A stretch of DNA of 64,000 bases from Trichosphaerium sp. ATCC 40318 (taxonomy: Eukaryota > Protista > Tubulinea): positions 106,448 to 170,447 of the forward strand of contig JALMLS010000210.1 of assembly GCA_038496445.1 (NCBI GenBank). The letters run 5' to 3'. This document shows, piece by piece, positions 14,369-26,921 of this stretch. Below the pieces are notes generated by a model. That model had not been told where the DNA came from. It did not search any database and saw only the letters and a program-made list of their open reading frames with translations. Each line of letters begins with the position of its first letter. The first letter of the stretch is position 1. A program made the translations under genes and the position numbers.

Positions 14369-17300
14369 ATGCAAGAGCCAAATGCCTTGTTTGGCCTACT
14401 ACAAAGATTAAATCCAATAGAACAAGCAGGTTCTGGAGATCAAGTGAGACAAATAGTACAACAAATACAACGAGATGGACAAATACTTGATCTAAGCGCT
14501 AAAGACGCCGTAAGTATTATAAGAACACCACGTGACAAGTCACGTTTTTAGAAACGATAAAAATCAAGAAACTTTGTTTAGTTTTTTTTTTTGATTAAAT
14601 TTCGTTTATTAGGAAGGAAACACAGTTCTACACATCGCTACGTTGAAGGTACGCAGCTTTATCGCTTTTTGGTGACAAAAGGATAAAATACACCATCTTT
14701 TACGCTATTTGAGAAATTCTGAAGCGTGTAACTATCGATGGAAGTACCGTATTGTTCTCACGTGAAATTTTTTTTGGACACCCATTTAAAGCGATATATT
14801 TGTTTTTGGCTTTTCTAACCGACATGAAAGGGTCACCCTGATATAATACAAGCTTTACTTACAGCTGGGCTAAGAAAGATATTCGTAACTCTGCTGGATT
14901 ATCCGTTACGAAACTTGCGCTACAAGAATGTGAAGTTAACCAACGGCCCGAAATGTGGTTTGTAGGTAAACACAAAAAAAGAACCTAAACAGAAAACTGC
15001 TGTGTCAAGCACGCTAGAGATTGTGTATACTTTTTCTTTTGTTGTACTCAACTAGCGCTAGTTGAAATGCTCATGGATGAGGAAAAGTACGGAGGTGCTA
15101 AGGAAGCAGCAGAAAGCGCATTCCAAGAGAGAATAGATAAAAGAAAATCAACACTCGATAACTTTGTAATTGGATTTCTTGATTACATGGATCACTTGAA
15201 TGCAGCGAATGAGATAAAGATAGCACTAGAACTAACGTAACAAATAATATATTTAAATTATACGGTACTCACTCTATATTTAGAACAAAAACAAAGCTTG
15301 TTACTTCTATCAAAGGATCGGTTGTGCAAATTTTATTTGGAGGATTTGATAATGTTCGTTTTTTTTTCGTTGTTGCCTTGCTCTGTTCATTTCTCGTTCT
15401 ATTGAAAACCATGCAGGTCATGTTATTAACAATACATAGGTTCTAACAAGTACAAGAGCTATAGCAGATGCAATAAAAAATAGTGTTGAACACCAGACAA
15501 TTAACGAAGATCTGGGGGTAAGAGCTTATTCTTTTTTTAATCAAAAAGTTTTTATTTTTAAACTCACCTTTCTAGCATATATTTCTAAATAACGCAGACG
15601 CTTTTCGGGTTTATACATCATACGTAGTACATGGAAGAGATAGGCATAATCTTATTAAAAAACATGAACGTGGAGACACCTCACTTTACAGATTTCTCCA
15701 AGCATGTCAACTTCTTCCACAATACAAAACATATAAACCAGCGTACGTACCTATAGTCACTCACTCCATTTCATGGTTTTAATACTATAATACTCACATA
15801 CATATTAGTCTGAGCGATTTTTTCAACAGACCTGGACGTAAGATACAACAGTTGCCGTTTGAACTTGTTCGTCTTTAAAACTAGTGATTTTTTTATCATC
15901 TAACGAATTGATCTCAGGACAATGTTCTTAACGACAGCGGTAGTATGTCTCAAAATAGTAAACAAGTATTACAAGACGCAATCACGCATCTCAAAGCGGT
16001 ATGTTCAGCAGTTAACGGAAAGGTGGAAGAATACCAAAAACAAAAATTGGCGCAAGAACATCAACCAAGATTCTTCAAACACGTGCGTAATAACAGTTAG
16101 CTTGGTTAAACTATCAGAAATTGAGCATCTAACGTTCTATGCAGAAAGAGGATAGACGTATTGGGCGTACAGTGGTAAAGTATGGTGCGAGCGAAGGCTT
16201 GTTTGGATAAAAACTAACGAGTTGAGGAATAGGGCGTCTGTTTTTACACAACAGAGATGATAGCAATCTTGTTATTACAGATGGCAACAGCACCATTGGT
16301 CGTCGCTTACGTGGCACAGCTGGCCGCTTCCAAGGTGCGTACAAGAATCAATTGAATGTGTATATCTTAATGAATGTAGAATGGGCACGTTCGACGTCCG
16401 TGATGAAGAAGAGAAGCCCAAAACGGGAGCTTAATCTCGTTGAGATGTGTTTGTACGACACTTAAATTGGTTTTTTAATTCTTTCCTGGTTGGTTACTAA
16501 CACGTGTAATTTTGTTTCAGATTTAATGACGTTCTTGCACATAAATCCATTGCACGTACTGGAACAGTGAATAAAAGATCAGTATACCGAGTTCGCCTTC
16601 TTGATATTAACAGTGTGAACATGACATCAATCAATATTCAAGGAAAGAATTGTACGTCTCCCATGTTGCATATCTTTTACGTACTGTTCAACAAACTTAT
16701 ATATAACGGACATAAACTAAATATATCAGACACCTGAAGCACTATATATCTTTGTGCTTGCTAAAAGAGCTTCCCCTTTTGTTTGTGCTTCTTGCATTTT
16801 TCTGATTTTTTGTGTTTAGATTCAGCTTTTGAAGTACAAACAGATATCAGCAGTCCGTTTATATTCTATATCCCAGCTGCCAAAGAACGCGATGAATGGT
16901 TTGATGCTATTAGCTCGGCACAAACAAAGCTATTGGAAGTAAAAATAGCGAGAATTTCACGAGCACCTAACGAAGTACATAAAAAAACATTAAAAAAAAA
17001 ACCAAGATTAATCAAACAGCACTTTCTTCTTTAACCACCCTCACCTAAACTTATTCGTTTCTTGTTATTAGACTCCAAATTTACGCAAGAGCAATTACAC
17101 AGTAAACTCGCTACCTAAAGCATTATACTAACAGTTATACTAGAACAACACACCAACACCCAGAAGAACACCATCCTCGACTTCTCTACAAGTTACTGGA
17201 GGAGGAGCTTGGCAACAAGAAGAAGATTATAGTCAAGGATCAACATCAGTTGTACCTCAGGCTAAGAGACCTACACTTCGACCTGATATGTTCACTCCAC

Positions 17301-17712
17301 AACCTACATCACGTCCTGGAACGCCTATACTAGATCGGAAATTCTCGATTTCATTTGCAAAATCTCCTATTCCGCATTCTCCATCGCCAGCCTCAGGTGG
17401 TCCTCCTTCGTTCTCTGCGCCTAGAAAACCTCCTCCATTTACAGCTAGTAACCCTCCTAAACGTCCACCATCAAGCGCACCTCCAGGATCCCCAAGACCG
17501 CCACCTAGGTCGGCGCTTCCAAGGACAAAATCAGTGTATCCGTATGAAATGTTGTATGATTTCTTGTTTTAACTTTATCCCTTAGATCATCGAAGTCACC
17601 TCCGTTACCTCCACTACAACGTACAACATCTGCAGATCGTCAAGCAGATTTGGCTATTGCTATGGCTTCGAGAAATATAACATCATTTGTGTCTCAGTTG
17701 CCAAAACACTGA
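14369..17712 (+). CDS. ankyrin-repeat + DH (RhoGEF) + PH domain protein with a Pro-rich tail
   Basis: EGNTVLHIATLKGHPDIIQALLTAG (ankyrin); IFLNNADAFRVYTSYV...RFLQAC...LSDFFNRPGRKIQQLPFEL (DH-like); AFEVQT...KERDEWFDAI (PH); PxxP-rich C-terminus; many introns. Confidence 0.8.
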
Positions 17713-18124
17713 CAGTTTTTTTTACATTGAGAATATTCAGTTTTCTTTTTTTCTCTTGGTGTTATTTAATATTCACGTGTACGAATAAACATACTTATAA
17801 TTTCTATATATGAATTTAATCACTGAAGATATGTTAAGGTTAGAAGAGCGTAAAGGTACTAGCAGTTGAAAAATTTGAATTCAAATTGAATTTTTGTACT
17901 AAAAAACCGTTTTCAAATTTTTGACATTTGAAGTTGTCTCAAGCAATGCTGGCTTTACGAAAATTAATACTATTCTTTTCATCGCATGTACTTATAGTCA
18001 GTAGTTTGTGTATATATTATTTTGTACTTTCTAATATTACGTAAACAAAGCCTCTTTGCATCCGAAAATAGGCGAGTTTTCTCCAAAACACCGATAAATA
18101 TTCCCATTTCGGAACATTTTGACT

Positions 18125-21100
18125 ATGCGTACCACTTGTATTGCACTACTTTTAATTGCATTTTTTTGTGTCTGTAACGCACAATTATGTGGAAACCTAC
18201 GCATAACTCAATACTACGAAGGCCCAAGCAATGATAAATATATAGAACTATACAACGATAGCCCAACTTCTGCAATTCTTACAGGGCTTTCGATACGACT
18301 GTACGCCACCCTTGTTTATTTTAATTACTCTTAATTTCTTCTCTTTAATGCCAATTAACTTATTATTGCATGTAGATACTCTAATGCGAACAGACAGGCG
18401 CGTCTTGCTCAAATTCTTTTGCAACTTGAACAAAAAAAAAAAAAAAAAAAAGACTTTCAAAGTAGCGTCATGTATTGTTAACACGGTTTGTTTAGATCTG
18501 GAAGACTGCACCAATACCTAGTCCATCAGTACAGACGAATTTGGGCGGTTCAGTAGGAGGACAACGTACACATTTAAAAAAGATTGTTTTATTAATATCT
18601 AACGCGTAATAGTGGCTTATCTTATAGCTCATCCCTTAGCTGCTAACCCAGCATATGTTGTAGCTGATCAATTGCGGAATATAGCTTTTAATGGTGAGTT
18701 TGGGTTTTTTTCATGAATACCTTTATTATTTTCTTACTTTGTACTACTATTTAAGGTGACGACTCTGTTATTCTCTATGATGAAGTAAACGACGTCATTT
18801 GTGATGCTATTTCAATTACTTTTTCTCCGGGTTACAGAGATACATCGTTTAGTCTTGATTCACTTGATGTCACGAATGGTGTTAATATTGATGACTTTGG
18901 AACTGGTTGGACAGAGGCAAGTGTAACAGAAGTCGCCAATGCGGATGTATTTGATAACATACGCCTCGGTACGATATGATATTCGCTGTAGTTAGTTTTC
19001 TAATACCATGTTAGGTGTTTACAATCCACCTCCACCACCAACAACAGCTGCACCAACTACTGAAGCGCCAACTACTGAAGCGCCAACGACAGAGGCTCCA
19101 ACTACCGAAGCCCCTACTACTGAAGCTCCAACTACAGATGCTCCAACAACTGAGGCACCTACAACTGGTACTTGATAGATATTTTTACCTTTTTCCTCCT
19201 AACTGTGATAGATGCACCAACTACAGAAGCACCTACTACAGATGCGCCTACGACGGAGGCTCCAACCACAGATGCGCCTACAACCGAAGCTCCAACGACA
19301 GAAGCACCGACTACAGAGGCTCCTACCACTGAAGCTCCGACAACTACAGCTCCAACTACAGAGGCTCCTACAACTGATGCGCCAACAACAGAAGCCCCAA
19401 CGACTGATGCTCCAACAACAGAAGCACCAACTACTGAGGCACCAACAACTGAAGCTCCAACTACAGAGGCACCAACTACTGCTGCACCAACAACTGGTAC
19501 TTGATCGATATAATTTTTACCTTTCTCCTCCTAACAGTGATAGATGCACCAACTACAGAAGTACCTACAACAGAGGCTCCTACAACTGATGCGCCAACAA
19601 CGGAGGCTCCTACCACTGTAGCGCCTACTACAGAGGCTCCTACAACTGCTGCACCAACTACAGAGGCTCCTACCACTGAAGCTCCTACAACTGATGCTCC
19701 AACTACAGAAGCACCAACAACTGAACCTCCAACGACTGAAGCACCAACTACTAATACTCCAATTACTGATGCTCCTACAACTGAAACACCTACTACCGAG
19801 GCTCCAACAACAGCAGCTCCAACTACGGAGACGCCAACCACAGAAGCGCCAACTACGGAGGCTCCAACAACTGTAGCTCCAACCACAGATGCACCTACAA
19901 CTGAAGCACCAACAACCGTAGCACCAACTACAGATGCTCCAACCACCGAATCGCCTACTACAGCAGCGCCAACAACTGAAGTACCAACGACAGAGGCTCC
20001 AACAACAGAAGCACCAACTACTGAGGCACCAACTACTGAGGCACCAACAACTGAAGCTCCAACTACGGATGCTCCAACTACTGAGCACCAACAACTGAAG
20101 CACCAACTACTGAGGCACCAACACTGAAGCTCCAACTACGGATGCTCCTACAACTGAAGCACCAACTACTGCTGCACCAACAACTAATGCACCTACAACT
20201 GATGCTCCTACAACAGAGGCTCCTACCACTGAAGCTCCGACAACTACAGCTCCAACTACAGAGGCTCCTACAACTGATGCGCCAACAACGGAGGCTCCTA
20301 CCACTGTAGCGCCAACGACTGAAGCACCAACAACTGAAGCACCAACAACTGGTACTTTGTATTTTACTTTCTAAAGCAACTAACTTTCTTTGTGGATGCA
20401 CCAACTACAGATGCTCCCACAACTGAAGCGCCTACCACAGAATCACCAACAACTACAGCACCAACAACTGAAGCTCCAACTACATTGGCGCCTACCACTG
20501 ATGCTCCAACTACTGAGGCACCAACAACCGTAGCACCAACTACAGATGTTCCAACCACCGAAACGCCTACTACAGCAGCTCCAACAACAGAATCCCCAAC
20601 AACTGTTGCACCAACAACCGAAGCACCAACTACTGAAGCCCCTACTACAGAGTCGCCTACAACTGTTGCACCAACAACAGAGTCACCAACTACAGCTACT
20701 CCTACAACAGAGGCACCAACAACTGAAGCGCCTACCACTGCAACCCCTACAACTGTAGCTCCTACAACTGACGCGCCAACAACTGAAGCTCCAACTACAG
20801 AGGTTCCAACTACTGAAGCACCAACCACGGAAGCTCCAACTACAGAGGTTCCAACTACTGAAGCACCAACCACGGAGCACCAACAACTGAAGTGCCAACA
20901 ACAGCAGCTCCAACTACGGAGACGCCAACCACAGAAGCGCCAACTACAGAGGCTCCAACAACTGTAGCTCCAACCACAGATGCACCTACTACTGAAGCAC
21001 CAACAACCGTAGCACCAACTACAGATGCTCCAACCACCGAATCGCCAACTACTGAGGCTCCAACAACTGAAGCACCTACAACTGTAGCGCCTACCACTGA

Positions 21101-22105
21101 AGCTCCAACTACTGAAGCACCTACAACTGTAGCGCCAACGACTGGTACTTTGTATTTTACTTTCTAAAGCAACTAACTTTCTTTGTAGATGCACCAACTA
21201 CAGAGGCCCCAACAACTGTTGCACCAACAACCGAAGCACCTACTACAGAATCCCCTACTACAGAATCGCCTACAACTGATGCGCCAACAACAGAGGCTCC
21301 TACCACTGAAGCTCCTACAACTGTAGCGCCTACTACTGAAGCACCAACTACTGAGGCACCAACAACTGAAGCACCTACAACTGTAGCGCCTACCACTGAA
21401 GCCCCTACTACTGAGGCACCTACCACTGAAGCTCCTACAACTGTAGCACCTACTACATTAGCGCCTACTACGGAGGTTCCCACGACTGAGGCACCAACTA
21501 CAGGAGCTCCTACGACTGAGGCGCCTACCACTGTAGCGCCTACTACAGATGCACCTACAACTGAAGCACCAACAACCGTAGCACCAACTACAGAAGCGCC
21601 AACGACTGAAGCACCAACTACTGAGGCACCAACTACTGAGGCACCAACTACTGAGGCACCAACAACTGGTACTTGATCGATATAATTTTTACCTTTTTCC
21701 TAACTGTGATAGATGCACCAACTACAGATGTTCCCACAACTGATGCACCAACGACTGATGCTCCAACGACTGATGCTCCAACAACAGAAGCACCAACAAC
21801 TGAGGCTCCAACAACTGATGCGCCAACAACAGAAGCTCCAAACTCTGAGGAGCCTTCTACAGTAGCTCCAACGCTTTTCCCAAGTACTCCACCTCCTATG
21901 ACAGAGACACCAACGACTGCAGTACCTACTGAACCACCACAAATGTTTGTGCCAAATGCTCCAATTGCCACCACTACAACAAGCTCAGCAAAGGTACGTA
22001 GTTCAATGAACAGTCTACAATCATCTTTATTTCTTACACTGCTTAATTTAGAAACTGGTTTTCACTTTCTTGCTTGCACTTGTATTTGTGGCTATGATTT
22101 TGTAA
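18125..22105 (+). CDS. secreted, probably GPI-anchored mucin: lamin-tail-domain-like head + ~170 PTT(E/D/V)A repeats
   Basis: Signal peptide; LRITQYYEGPSNDKYIELYN...FNGDDSVIL (LTD-like); 15-bp repeat stalk; C-terminal SSAKKLVFTFLLALVFVAMIL; as assembled it has three 1-bp deletions and one TGG acceptor. Confidence 0.8.
19036..21840 (+). repeat. 15-bp coding minisatellite (consensus CCAACAACTGAAGCA) split by five duplicated introns
   Basis: Periodicity is directly visible; introns at 19168-19211, 19497-19543, 20352-20395, 21145-21188, 21669-21712. Confidence 0.95.
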
Positions 22106-23021
22106 CTGTTATTGATTTTGTTAAAGCAACGTGATATTTATATATGTGTACAACAATAAAGCAAATATATTCACTATGTGATCTATTCAGAGGTATGGGA
22201 AGATGTTTAAAGAACAACAGTCAGCGCCAAGCAAATTTGTAACTTCTTGAACAAAACTCCTTAAAAAAAATAGAAAAGGCTCAAGTTGCATTGGCCTTTC
22301 AATAGCGTATGTATTCGCGGTACGTACGGCTGAAAATGCTTAACGTGTTTATATTTTAAGTCATAATACCACTAATACCATTCCAAACGCAGTACGTGTT
22401 GCAATAAGGCAAGTGCAATGAGCACCATGCATCTACTGTTCATATTTTTCTATCTAATTGTTTTTCTTAGCCTACGGTATTGTCAACGCACTCGTGTAAC
22501 ATAATATACGCGTCAACGTACAACAGTCGATTAAAGACAAAAGCAGCAAGCCTGATTATACAGTTATCTCTAAAGTACGTAAAAACAGAATACAACTGCA
22601 TTTTTGGGCGTAAGAGACATTCCCACCGCGACTTTCGCTAGGAACTTGTCGTTTTAAATAATTGCGTAAACTAAGCGCTAATTACGCCTTACTTGCCTGT
22701 TTTTAAACTACTGTTGACGGCGGTTTTTTTGTACTGAAATCGAAAATCCGTTTGCGCTGTTTATCGGACACATTTTGTCATTTTTGTAAGTTCTAGAGCA
22801 ATTTCCCAAATTCAACGCTCTTTGAAGAACCGTAAATATCCTCATATTAACGCGTAGAAACCGCAATAAGCGCTATTGTTTTTGAAAACACAAACATAGA
22901 TCACCTATTTATAACGTAGAGACAAAATATAGTGTTTTTTTTTTTAATTCTTTTCCTTTCGCCTTTGAGAGTAAATTGCTCTAATTCATGACTTACTTTT
23001 CTTTAGACTACTGAAAGAAAA

Positions 23022-24320
23022 ATGTCTGATGATGATGCACAAAACGGCATATCGAAAGAGTTTCATGACAACGGACGGCCAAGTGCAGAATATCCTCGGG
23101 TTGACGGTAAATTAAATGGTGAAGTAAAAGAGTGGTACGACAACGGGCAACTAGAGTCACAGTGCACGTGGGTAGATGACAAAAGAAACGGCGAATCTAA
23201 AGAATGGTTTGAGAACGGACAACAACGGGCACAATACACATGGGTTGACGGTAAACTACACGGTGAATCCAACATGTGGTACGAAGACGGACAACAACAG
23301 TCACAATGCGTTTATGTCAATGATAAACAAGACGGAGAATCCAAGGAGTGGTATATAAACGGACAGCTCAAGATACAAAACACATGGATTGATGGTAACC
23401 TACAAGCTGAGTCCAAAGAGTGGTTCATAAGTGGACAACTAAAAGAACATTGTATGCGTGTTGAAGGTAGTCCAAATGTTGAAGCCAAAGAGTGGTATGA
23501 AAGCGGACAACAAAGCGCACTCTATGTGTACGTTGGTTATACCTTAAACGGTGTATCCAAACTATGGCATGAGAATGGACAACTCAAAGCACAATGTTCA
23601 TACGTCGACGATAAGCAAAACGGTGAATCAAAAATATGGTACGACGATGGTCAACTCAAGACACAAACTATGTTCGTTGATGGTACGCCACATGGTGAAT
23701 TCAAAGAGTGGTACGAGAATGGACAACTTAAACAACAGCAAATGTATATCCATGGTAAACTACACGGTGAAGCCAAAGAGTGGTACTACAAGCATGTCGA
23801 TGATGAAGAAAACAATGAGAATAGTCAAATTATGACACAACAGATGTGGGTTGACGGTCAGCTACACGGTGAAGCTAAAAAGTGGTATTTCAACGGACAA
23901 CTCATGAGACAATACACTCTCATTGACAATAAACAAAACGGTGAAGGTAAAATCTGGTATGAAAACGGATATCTAAAAGAACAGTGCACGTGGGAAGATG
24001 ATAAAAAACATGGTAAGTGTGTATTCTGGTTTGAAAACGGACAAGTTCGAGAGGAAAGTGTTTGGGTTGATGGTATGCGGAACGGTGAGTTTAAAAGCTG
24101 GTCTGAAGATGGGCAGCTTAAGACACATGCTGCGTACGTTGATGGTAAACCTGTCAAAGAAGGAGGTGATCAACAAGCCACGAAGAAGTCTGAACCAGGC
24201 AGCTTAGCGTTAAGTGTATTCAATACCATTTTGTTGCCGTTTCATGTATTCAAAAATGGGTTATATGGTATCTTTAGATACTTCTATTTATCTACATCAT
24301 ACTTGTTTGGAAAGAAATAG
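23022..24320 (+). CDS. acidic MORN-variant repeat protein with a hydrophobic/amphipathic C-terminal tail, no F-box
   Basis: Uninterrupted 432-aa ORF, ~15 repeats of KEWYENGQL...WVDGKLHGE; tail LALSVFNTILLPFHVFKNGLYGIFRYFYL. Confidence 0.9.
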   Translation: MSDDDAQNGISKEFHDNGRPSAEYPRVDGKLNGEVKEWYDNGQLESQCTWVDDKRNGESKEWFENGQQRAQYTWVDGKLHGESNMWYEDGQQQSQCVYVNDKQDGESKEWYINGQLKIQNTWIDGNLQAESKEWFISGQLKEHCMRVEGSPNVEAKEWYESGQQSALYVYVGYTLNGVSKLWHENGQLKAQCSYVDDKQNGESKIWYDDGQLKTQTMFVDGTPHGEFKEWYENGQLKQQQMYIHGKLHGEAKEWYYKHVDDEENNENSQIMTQQMWVDGQLHGEAKKWYFNGQLMRQYTLIDNKQNGEGKIWYENGYLKEQCTWEDDKKHGKCVFWFENGQVREESVWVDGMRNGEFKSWSEDGQLKTHAAYVDGKPVKEGGDQQATKKSEPGSLALSVFNTILLPFHVFKNGLYGIFRYFYLSTSYLFGKK

Positions 24321-24561
24321 ACACTACCAATAAACAAATCCAAATAAAACCATCGTTAAATCCAATAATAGTTATAGCTATTGTTAATCTTTTTTTACTC
24401 CGTCAATTCCTACCGCCAACACAAATATAGTACTCAATTGGTAAGAACTCAATGATAAGCACAAACACCAAGCATACTAAATACTTGTCAACCTGTTTTA
24501 ATTCAGGCTAAGTCATGCGGCACGTGTTTACCAAAAAATTTATTCTGATTCTTCATAGCTG

Positions 24562-26438
24562 ATGAAAGGAGCTGTTTTATTTATAATCATTGGTTTCGCC
24601 TTATTTGCGAGTTGCCTTGATAATGGGCAAGCTCTCACACCTGTCAGTAAGCTGATGTGCAAAACAAGACAAAACGACAAAGATATTCCTACCTAACACG
24701 TGTCAAGTGGGCTGGCTTCACTGGGAGAAGTTTGGGTGCAATACTGACTGCGAAACAACACCAGATAGTTGTATTTCAGAAAAACTATTCACAGGTAATG
24801 TTAGAACGTGATTAATTTTTATTATCAGTAATGCTTTAGTTTTGCGTTTGTTAGTTGCTTCCTGATAACAAAAAACCCTTGTGACACTTTAGTAATAGCT
24901 ATAAACCTTAGATATGGCTGATAGGATGGCTGATGACGGTTTTCTTGTAAGTAGAAACACGTGCGGAGTAAAGAAGACCTTTTTTTTCTGAAAATTGTGT
25001 AGGATGCAGGTTACAATCATGTAAACATGGATGATTGGTATGTAAGATCTAATCAATTACATCACCAATTGCTTTTGGTTTGGAGTTTAATTATCCAACA
25101 ATAATTTTGATTTAGTTGGTTGAATAAAGAAGGAAGGAGCGTTGATGGTAGCCTTGAAGCTGATCCTACAAGATTCCCTCATGGTATTAAATGGCTAGCA
25201 GATTATGTTCATGCCAAGGGACTCAAGCTTGGCATCTATGCGGTTCGTTTGATAATACGTTATGCACAAGTGACGACCGTTTGTGAAATTGTTATTTCAG
25301 TGTTGATTCAAGCTTACACTTTATAGGATTTGGGAGCACATACTTGTGGTGGTTACCCTGGAACTACTCTAGATAAAATAACACAAGATGCAGATACTTT
25401 TGCTTCTTGGGGTATCGATATGCTCAAATTTGATGGTACAAACCAACAAACTAGTAATAAACTGGAGTTAACTATGTGTTTTATTCAAGGTTGTGAATCT
25501 GCTAACGCAACCAGAATTATTGGATACCCACAAATGAATCATGCACTGCTTGAAACCGGTCGCCCTATTGGTACAATATATTAATGAGCTATCTTTTATG
25601 AAAAGAACTTTGCATTTCTTGGCACAAAGTTCTGTTATCCTCTAACATACTCCTTTAAGTTTACTCGTGTAGTTGGCCAGCGTACATGGACGTGAATTGG
25701 GAAGATGTCACTGAGAATTGTAAAGAAATAAGCCCATGTTAGTCACCCTGACCCGTGCTAGGTAACATGTGGCGTATGTGTCCGTCTATCAGAAACAACT
25801 GGCAATCCGTTCTAGGTAAATATCACTTATCTACACATGTCCTGTAACGTGTTAAGGTATTATTGATTGCTGTGGGTACCATCAAGAAGTGTTTGTACCA
25901 AACGCTGGACCAGGACAATGGAATGACCCTGATATGTTGATCATCGGTAACAGTGGTCTCAATGAAGAAGAAGCGAAATCTCAAATGGCAATATGGTCTA
26001 TCCTTGCAGCACCATTACTCATGTCCAATGACCTTCGTACAATAACAGATAACTTTAGACGTAAGTACTTGTCATTTTCTTTTGTAGTGTACTTTTATCT
26101 CCCTTTTTTCTTACTTTTTGTTAGAGATCTTACTTAACAAGGAGATCATTGCTGTTGACCAAGATCCAATGGGTAGACAAGGTAAACGTGTGAGTAATAT
26201 AAACGATAAACAAATATGGGTTCGCCCATTGCATAATGGAGATAAGGCCTTAGTACTCTTTAACACGAATGATACAGATGCTGTAACAATCACAGCTCCG
26301 TTCTCTTTGATAGGTATTTCAGGCGCCGCTAAATTTAGAGACTTGTACGAACATAGAGATATTGGTATATTCACTGGAGGTTTTACTGCTTATGTTGAGC
26401 CCCATGGGGTTGTCATGGTCCGTATATCTCAACTATAA
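24562..26438 (+). CDS. GH27 alpha-NAGAL-like paralogue, copy 2 (acid/base Asp absent)
   Basis: Exon structure corresponds to copy 1; LKFDGC and YSCSWPAY are present, but WRMCPSI replaces WRMYDDI. Confidence 0.88.
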
Positions 26439-26921
26439 AAATGATGTACACATAAACAATAAACGTGTTGGGTTTTTTCACAGTTGTGTTATCTATTTCA
26501 ATCTGCACCTCCTCTTAAAGTACGCGCTATTGATAAAAAAAAGAAAGATAGGCTTCTGGCTTAACTGATAGTCAAACACTAGGTGTTACTACTGTTTTGG
26601 TTAGGACAAGAGAAAGGGAAGGCTCTATCAGCACAAAATAGCGATATTTGTTGCCTGATTTTTAGCCTGAGCTTTACAAAAATAACCTGCGATACATCTT
26701 GGTAGTACTAGCCCATAATCAATGTCAACTTGGAATCTCACCTCTCAACAACTGCGAAGGTGAGGTACAAACTTGACTAGGATATTGGCAAAAGGCAGAA
26801 AGTTGTAAGAAGATTCTTATTTATTTTTTTTGTTTTGGTTCCACTCATTCAGCGGTAGTCCAAAATTTGATGTTACAGAAGCGAGACAAGCTAAGAGTTT
26901 TTTTTTGTTGGAAGTTTTTTT

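Noticed and set aside
19036-21840. CRISPR-like array
   Set aside because: Contiguous coding repeats without unique spacers, eukaryotic context, no cas genes
19476-21974. Long minus-strand VVGAS-repeat ORFs and alternative-frame Q/L-rich ORFs
   Set aside because: They are shadows of the 15-bp PTTEA repeat; the signal peptide, splice sites and synonymous variation all fit the plus-strand frame
23022-24320. Bacterial YwqK toxin-antitoxin module or contamination
   Set aside because: No adjacent toxin gene; the flanks are intron-containing eukaryotic genes, and paralogues have spliced first exons
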